Shown here piece after piece: positions 42,626 through 46,874 of a DNA stretch of 46,874 nt (position 1 is the first letter of the stretch; each line of letters starts with the position of its first letter). The notes under the pieces were generated by a model, which saw only the letters and a list, made by a program, of their open reading frames with translations, was not told where the DNA came from and made no database searches. The position numbers and the translations under genes were made by a program. Source of the stretch: Methylococcales bacterium. GTDB taxonomy: Bacteria > Pseudomonadota > Gammaproteobacteria > Methylococcales > Methylomonadaceae. The stretch covers positions 1-46,874 of the forward strand of contig SHZG01000001.1 in the NCBI GenBank assembly GCA_009692395.1, in the 5' to 3' direction.

Positions 42626-43323
42626 TGACAAAATCTATTCAATTTTGGGCAGTTGTTCCAGCCGCAGGGGTAGGTAAGCGTATGAACGCTGACCGCCCCA
42701 AACAATATTTAGACTTAGCGGGGAAAACCGTGATTGAACATACGCTGTTGCGTTTGTTACACGCCGATGTGTTTACCGCTGTTGCGGTCGCCATTTCTGA
42801 AGAAGACCCGTATTGGTCTGAATTAAGCGTTGCCAGCCATGAAAAAATTATCAGGGCTAAAGGCGGCAAAGAACGCGCTGATTCGGTGTTGTCTGGTTTA
42901 CACGCTATCCGTAATCACGCGCAAGATGAGGATTGGGTATTAGTGCATGATGCCGCTAGACCGTGTATTACGTCTAGCGATATTCATCATTTAATTGATT
43001 CATTAGTCGATGATGACGTAGGCGGAATTTTGGCGTTACCGTGTGCCGATACGCTGAAAAATGTTGATGCTAAAAACATTCTCGGCACAGCAGACCGTAG
43101 TCACATTTGGCGAGCTTTAACGCCGCAAATGTTTCGTTATGGCAGTTTAAAAACGGCATTAGAGTTCGCAGTCGGTACTCCTGCAATAACTGACGAAGCC
43201 AGTGCCTTAGAACTGCAAGGCGTACAACCCAAAATTGTCGAAGGTCGCCCTGATAATATTAAAATCACTCGACCGGAAGATTTAGCATTAGCGCAATTTT
43301 TTATGGAGCAACAACGTTTGTAG
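42622..43323 (+). CDS. ispD: 2-C-methyl-D-erythritol 4-phosphate cytidylyltransferase
   Basis: [13 protein letters not shown]-loop-like motif and [10 protein letters not shown]. 233 aa. Confidence 0.93.
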   Translation: MMTKSIQFWAVVPAAGVGKRMNADRPKQYLDLAGKTVIEHTLLRLLHADVFTAVAVAISEEDPYWSELSVASHEKIIRAKGGKERADSVLSGLHAIRNHAQDEDWVLVHDAARPCITSSDIHHLIDSLVDDDVGGILALPCADTLKNVDAKNILGTADRSHIWRALTPQMFRYGSLKTALEFAVGTPAITDEASALELQGVQPKIVEGRPDNIKITRPEDLALAQFFMEQQRL

Positions 43324-43356
43324 CCTTTTCGCCTATCATTCAGGAACAAACGCCAC

Positions 43357-43893
43357 TTATAACACTGTTATACGATTCCAATCAAACGATGCACCTGGAT
43401 CGGTTTTACGTTCGGGTGCAATGTCACTGTGACCTGTAATGTGTTGTTTTGATAAGGTCGGGTAGTTTGCCAGTAATGCAGTAATCACCGCGTTAAGTTG
43501 CTCATACTGGGTGTTGGTATAAGGGATAAGCTCCGTCCCTTCCAATTCAATTCCTATCGAAAAATCATTACACCGCTCTCGTCCTGCATAATTTGACTGT
43601 CCTGCGTGCCAAGCACGTTTATCAAATGGGACATACTGCACTATTTTACCTGTCCGCCGAATTAATAAATGCGCTGATACTTGCAGTTGATAAATAGTTT
43701 GTAAATACGGATGGGCGGCAGGATTTAGCTGATTACAAAATAATTGATTGATATAGTCTCCGCCGAATTCACCCGCTGGCAGACTGATACAGTGAATGAC
43801 TAGCAACGAAATATCGTTAACATTGGGTCTATCATCAAAATTCGGTGATGCTATTTGTGTTGCTTGCGTGAGTTTATGTTGTTCTATGTTCAT
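43357..43893 (-). CDS. ampD: 1,6-anhydro-N-acetylmuramyl-L-alanine amidase AmpD
   Basis: SPNFDDRP...LLVIHCISLP...AHLLIRRTGKIVQYV...RAWHAG...HSDIAPERKTDPG. I prefer the ATG at 43893 (MNIEQHKL) over the tracked 22-codon upstream extension. Confidence 0.88.
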   Translation of the reverse strand: MNIEQHKLTQATQIASPNFDDRPNVNDISLLVIHCISLPAGEFGGDYINQLFCNQLNPAAHPYLQTIYQLQVSAHLLIRRTGKIVQYVPFDKRAWHAGQSNYAGRERCNDFSIGIELEGTELIPYTNTQYEQLNAVITALLANYPTLSKQHITGHSDIAPERKTDPGASFDWNRITVL

Positions 43894-43967
43894 GTAACAG
43901 CAAAAAAGCAGGGTGAATTTTAAATCGTAGGGGCAATGTCTTTCATTGCCCCTATTCATGTAAGCAA

Positions 43968-44495
43968 TTATTTTTTGTTGGCTAATTCTTGTATTTTGTT
44001 GCTGAGTAATACTGAACCTTCACCAAAATACGCGCCAAGTGCAAGAGAGAAAGACACGATTAATAAAGGATTACCCCAATGCGCACTGAGTAATACGTCT
44101 TGGGTTAATTTGCCGCCTTCTAATAAATAAGCAAAGGTCGCTGAATAACCCAATACGCTGGCTGGAATGGTTGCAAACTGTGGAAAATGCGCCGCAAGAC
44201 ATAAAACAACCACAGAAACAGCAACCGCAATAGAAGCCATTACTGGGAAAGCAAATGAGCCTGCTGGAATAGTCGTAATTAACACAGCCGCTATCCACGC
44301 CATCGCCACACCAAATACGCCACAGACGATGACATTTTTCAAGGCTTCTTTAGTCGCACCAAAGGCAAAGTAAGCTGCCCACGCAATCGTCAATGCCCAT
44401 ATTAAAAATAAGCCAGCCGTAGGGCCAACTGCCAAAAACGTGGCAACGCCACTTAATGTGCCAATGCTTAAAGAAAGTGCAGTAAGGTTGTTCAT
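43968..44495 (-). CDS. Inner membrane protein, DUF1097 (YcdZ-like)
   Basis: 175 aa with five or six hydrophobic helices and a glycine/alanine-rich TM pattern. The family assignment is from memory and uncertain. Confidence 0.6.
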   Translation of the reverse strand: MNNLTALSLSIGTLSGVATFLAVGPTAGLFLIWALTIAWAAYFAFGATKEALKNVIVCGVFGVAMAWIAAVLITTIPAGSFAFPVMASIAVAVSVVVLCLAAHFPQFATIPASVLGYSATFAYLLEGGKLTQDVLLSAHWGNPLLIVSFSLALGAYFGEGSVLLSNKIQELANKK

Positions 44496-44563
44496 AGATA
44501 CATCTCCAAATTAGTCACCTCGGTTATGTTAATGAGCTTTCATGTTGAGGCAATCCATGTAAG

Positions 44564-46108
44564 CTAAGGTTCAAAATTTGCTACCGTTAAATGGCGTGGT
44601 TTTAAGCCTGTGAGTAACAGGGTTGCAACATAGATACTCATGCCTATGCTTACCCACTTGAGTAAATGCAGCACTCGCTCTGTTGAACTCCACGCCGCCC
44701 ACCAGTCTGGATTAACCCAATAATACAACGCCGCTGTCATCGCAGCACTTGCCAATAATACGCGGCTCACAAATAATAGCCAACCGCTTGCAGGTTGATA
44801 AACTTTATCTTTCAGTAGTTTTTTTAGCAACAATGCAGCATTAAAAAACGCGCCTAATGAGGTAGCTAATGCTAAACCTGCGTGTGCTAAAGGAAATACT
44901 AACACTATATTTAACGCTAAGCTGATTATCATAGCGTAAATTCCATAACGCACAGGGGTTTTTACTTCCTGACGGGCAGTAAAGGCGGGAACTAATACTT
45001 TAATCAATAAATAACCAAGCAAACCTACCGCATAACCCCTTAAACTTTGGGCGGCTAAATGGACATCATTGATAGTGAATTCGTGGTATTGAAAGAGGGT
45101 CGATAACATCGGTTCGGCTAAGACAAATAAGCCGATGGTGGCAGGCATTCCGACTAATAACACTAAGCGCAAGCCCCAATCTAAAGACTGAGAAAACGCC
45201 ACGCTATTTTCTGCGGCATAATTATTAGCCAAGCTGGGTAAAATGACTGTGCCTAATGCCAGCCCTAGAACACCCAAGGGAAATTCAACTAAACGATCTG
45301 AATAATATAACCACGATACGCTACCGACAGTTAAAAATGAGGCTATCAACGTGTCTAGCAATAAATTAATTTGCGTAACAGAAACGCTAAACATAGCGGG
45401 TAGCATGAGTTTAATCACCCGATTAACACCTGCATCTTTAAAATCAATGCGCGGGTGCGGTAGTAAACCTAAACGAATTAAACTGGGTATTTGACACAAC
45501 ATCTGCACGATACCTGCAATAAAAACCCCCCAAGCCATTGCTACTACAGGCGTATCCATTAACGGTGCTAGCCAGATTGCCGTCGCTATCATACAGATAT
45601 TGAGAAAAACAGGGGTAAGAGCAGGAATAGCAAATTTACTGTGGGCATTTAAAATACTACCCGCAAATGCCGTCAAGGAAATAAATAACAAGTACGGAAA
45701 CGTGATTTGTAGCATCAACACCGATACATCATGCTGTGTGCCTTGCCAAGCAAAACCAGGTGCCAACAATAAAATAAGCACAGGAGCAAGCACGATACCC
45801 GCTAACGTCATCAACAGTAGGCACACGGCTAACGTCCCCGCCGTTTTATCAATGAACAGCTTTAATGCCGCTTTACTGCCTTGTTCTTTGTAATCTGTCA
45901 GCACAGGTACAAACGCATGAGCAAACGCCCCTTCGGCAAATAAACGGCGCAAAAAATTGGGAATTTTAAAAGCCACAAAAAACGCATCAGTCGCTAAATC
46001 GACACCAAACAACCGCGCGATTAACATATCGCGAACAAATCCCAATAGTCGGGAAATAAGCGTCATGCTACCGACCACCATCGTTGATTTAAAAAGCCGC
46101 CTACTCAC
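44564..46108 (-). CDS. murJ: Lipid II flippase MurJ (MviN)
   Basis: 514 aa. LISRLLGFVRDMLIARLFG, FFVAFKIPNFLRRLFAEGAF and 14 TM helices. Divergent from rpsT as in E. coli. Confidence 0.93.
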   Translation of the reverse strand: MSRRLFKSTMVVGSMTLISRLLGFVRDMLIARLFGVDLATDAFFVAFKIPNFLRRLFAEGAFAHAFVPVLTDYKEQGSKAALKLFIDKTAGTLAVCLLLMTLAGIVLAPVLILLLAPGFAWQGTQHDVSVLMLQITFPYLLFISLTAFAGSILNAHSKFAIPALTPVFLNICMIATAIWLAPLMDTPVVAMAWGVFIAGIVQMLCQIPSLIRLGLLPHPRIDFKDAGVNRVIKLMLPAMFSVSVTQINLLLDTLIASFLTVGSVSWLYYSDRLVEFPLGVLGLALGTVILPSLANNYAAENSVAFSQSLDWGLRLVLLVGMPATIGLFVLAEPMLSTLFQYHEFTINDVHLAAQSLRGYAVGLLGYLLIKVLVPAFTARQEVKTPVRYGIYAMIISLALNIVLVFPLAHAGLALATSLGAFFNAALLLKKLLKDKVYQPASGWLLFVSRVLLASAAMTAALYYWVNPDWWAAWSSTERVLHLLKWVSIGMSIYVATLLLTGLKPRHLTVANFEP

Positions 46109-46210
46109 TAATTATGTCCTCTTAATGGTTTAAATAGATTGACAATAATAACAGTTAAAAAGATAATATACGGCTATTAACTAACTTTGAAGAATCGAGA
46201 TACTGACACT

Positions 46211-46480
46211 ATGGCTAATACAGCACAAGCTAAAAAGCGTGCGAAGCAAGCGGAAAAAAGCCGTATTCGCAACGCAGGACAACGCAGCAAATTACGCACT
46301 TTTGTAAAAAAAGTACTTGCTGCTGTAAAATCAGGCGATAAAGAAACTGCACAAACTGCCTACAATATCGTAGTGCCAATTATCGATTCTGCTGTCAACA
46401 AAGGCATTATCCATAAAAATAAAGCCTCACGCGGCAAAAGCAGATTGAATGCAAAAGTAAAAGCGATTGCAGTCGCTTAA
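46211..46480 (+). CDS. rpsT: 30S ribosomal protein S20
   Basis: [27 protein letters not shown] prefer the internal ATG at 46211 over the tracked start. Confidence 0.93.
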   Translation: MANTAQAKKRAKQAEKSRIRNAGQRSKLRTFVKKVLAAVKSGDKETAQTAYNIVVPIIDSAVNKGIIHKNKASRGKSRLNAKVKAIAVA

Positions 46481-46503
46481 TACCTTTAGCTTTCATCGCT
46501 AAT

Positions 46504-46540
46504 AAAAAGGCTGTCACTATCAACGGTGACAGCCTTTTTT
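46504..46540 (+). terminator. Rho-independent terminator after rpsT
   Basis: AAAAAGGCTGTCAC-(8 nt)-GTGACAGCCTTTTTT stem-loop with a T-run. Confidence 0.85.
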
Positions 46541-46570
46541 ATTGTCTAAAAGTTAAGGTAAGTAACAACC

Positions 46571-46729
46571 ATGCCCACTGACAAACACAAACCCTTCAAA
46601 CTACACAGCCCGTTTCAACCTGCGGGCGATCAACCCGAAGCGATTGTGCAACTCATCGTGGGGCTAAATGATGGTGAAGTTCATCAAACCTTATTAGGTG
46701 TGACGGGTTCAGGCAAAACCTTTACTATA
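46571..46729 (+). pseudogene. uvrB: Excinuclease ABC subunit B, first about 53 codons only, interrupted by an IS
   Basis: [53 protein letters not shown] matches the UvrB N-terminus through Walker A. E. coli continues TFTIANVIA, but here the frame reads VF-stop and homology ends. Confidence 0.85.
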
Positions 46730-46874
46730 GTATTTTAGCTTTCAGATAGTTTGAAAAACAAATTCAATACAAGAATATAAATCAGAATAACCAGAAATAG
46801 ATTTCTTAATTTTAGATTTAATAATCGCCCAGTATTGTTCGATAGGATTTAAGTCACACGATTACCCACAACTC
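46730..46874 (-). mobile_element. Partial IS630/Tc1-mariner-family element: the 3' end of a DDE transposase gene. It runs off the window end.
   Basis: The minus strand translates to ...SCDLNPIEQYWAIIKSKIKKSISGYSDLYSCIEFVFQTI*. The DLNPIE(x)W block contains the third catalytic acidic residue of IS630 transposases. A TAA lies three codons upstream of it, so the copy may be degenerate. The junction sits at a TA-rich site (ACTATAG). Confidence 0.55.

Noticed and set aside
43894-43959. 22-codon N-terminal extension of AmpD (MNRGNERHCPYDLKF...)
   Set aside because: AmpD homologues begin close to the SPNxDxRP motif, and the internal ATG at 43893 fits that. The extension is Cys/Phe-rich and unlike AmpD.

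Overview
This window looks like a 46.9 kb chromosomal contig from a moderately AT-rich gammaproteobacterium. Gene content, synteny and the palindromic repeat families suggest a Thiotrichales/Beggiatoa-like organism, but that is inference only. Both ends run into insertion sequences: an IS1-like end truncates cheR at about 149, and an IS630-like end truncates uvrB at about 46730. Most of the window is housekeeping: mnmA, nudix, ilvIH-ilvC, rluC-HAD-S49 peptidase, a PhoPQ-like two-component pair, rne, dnaE, msbA, LPS-type glycosyltransferases, truD-ispF, ispD, ampD, murJ and rpsT. Notable points: (1) dnaE carries a full-length 432-codon intein with a LAGLIDADG homing endonuclease, inserted in the GGADxLRR|MGKKK motif. 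(2) A type III-like restriction-modification cassette in res-then-mod order sits between msbA and the LPS genes, and each gene is interrupted by one in-frame stop codon. (3) Gene decay is dense. There are three in-frame nonsense codons (cheB, mod, res), at least three frameshifts (a VWA gene twice, a secreted Q/P/Y-repeat gene once) and two IS disruptions (cheR, uvrB). (4) ispD and ispF-truD are separated and oppositely oriented in a way that one inversion of about 11.6 kb would explain. (5) There is a beta-glucan locus with two GH17 membrane proteins, one an NdvB-like GH17-GT2 fusion, flanking a GH3 beta-glucosidase and an MFS sugar transporter. (6) At least four families of REP-like palindromes lie at gene ends. 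I found no tRNA, rRNA or CRISPR array, and no convincing wholly novel multi-gene system. The R-M cassette and the intein are the most distinctive accessory elements.
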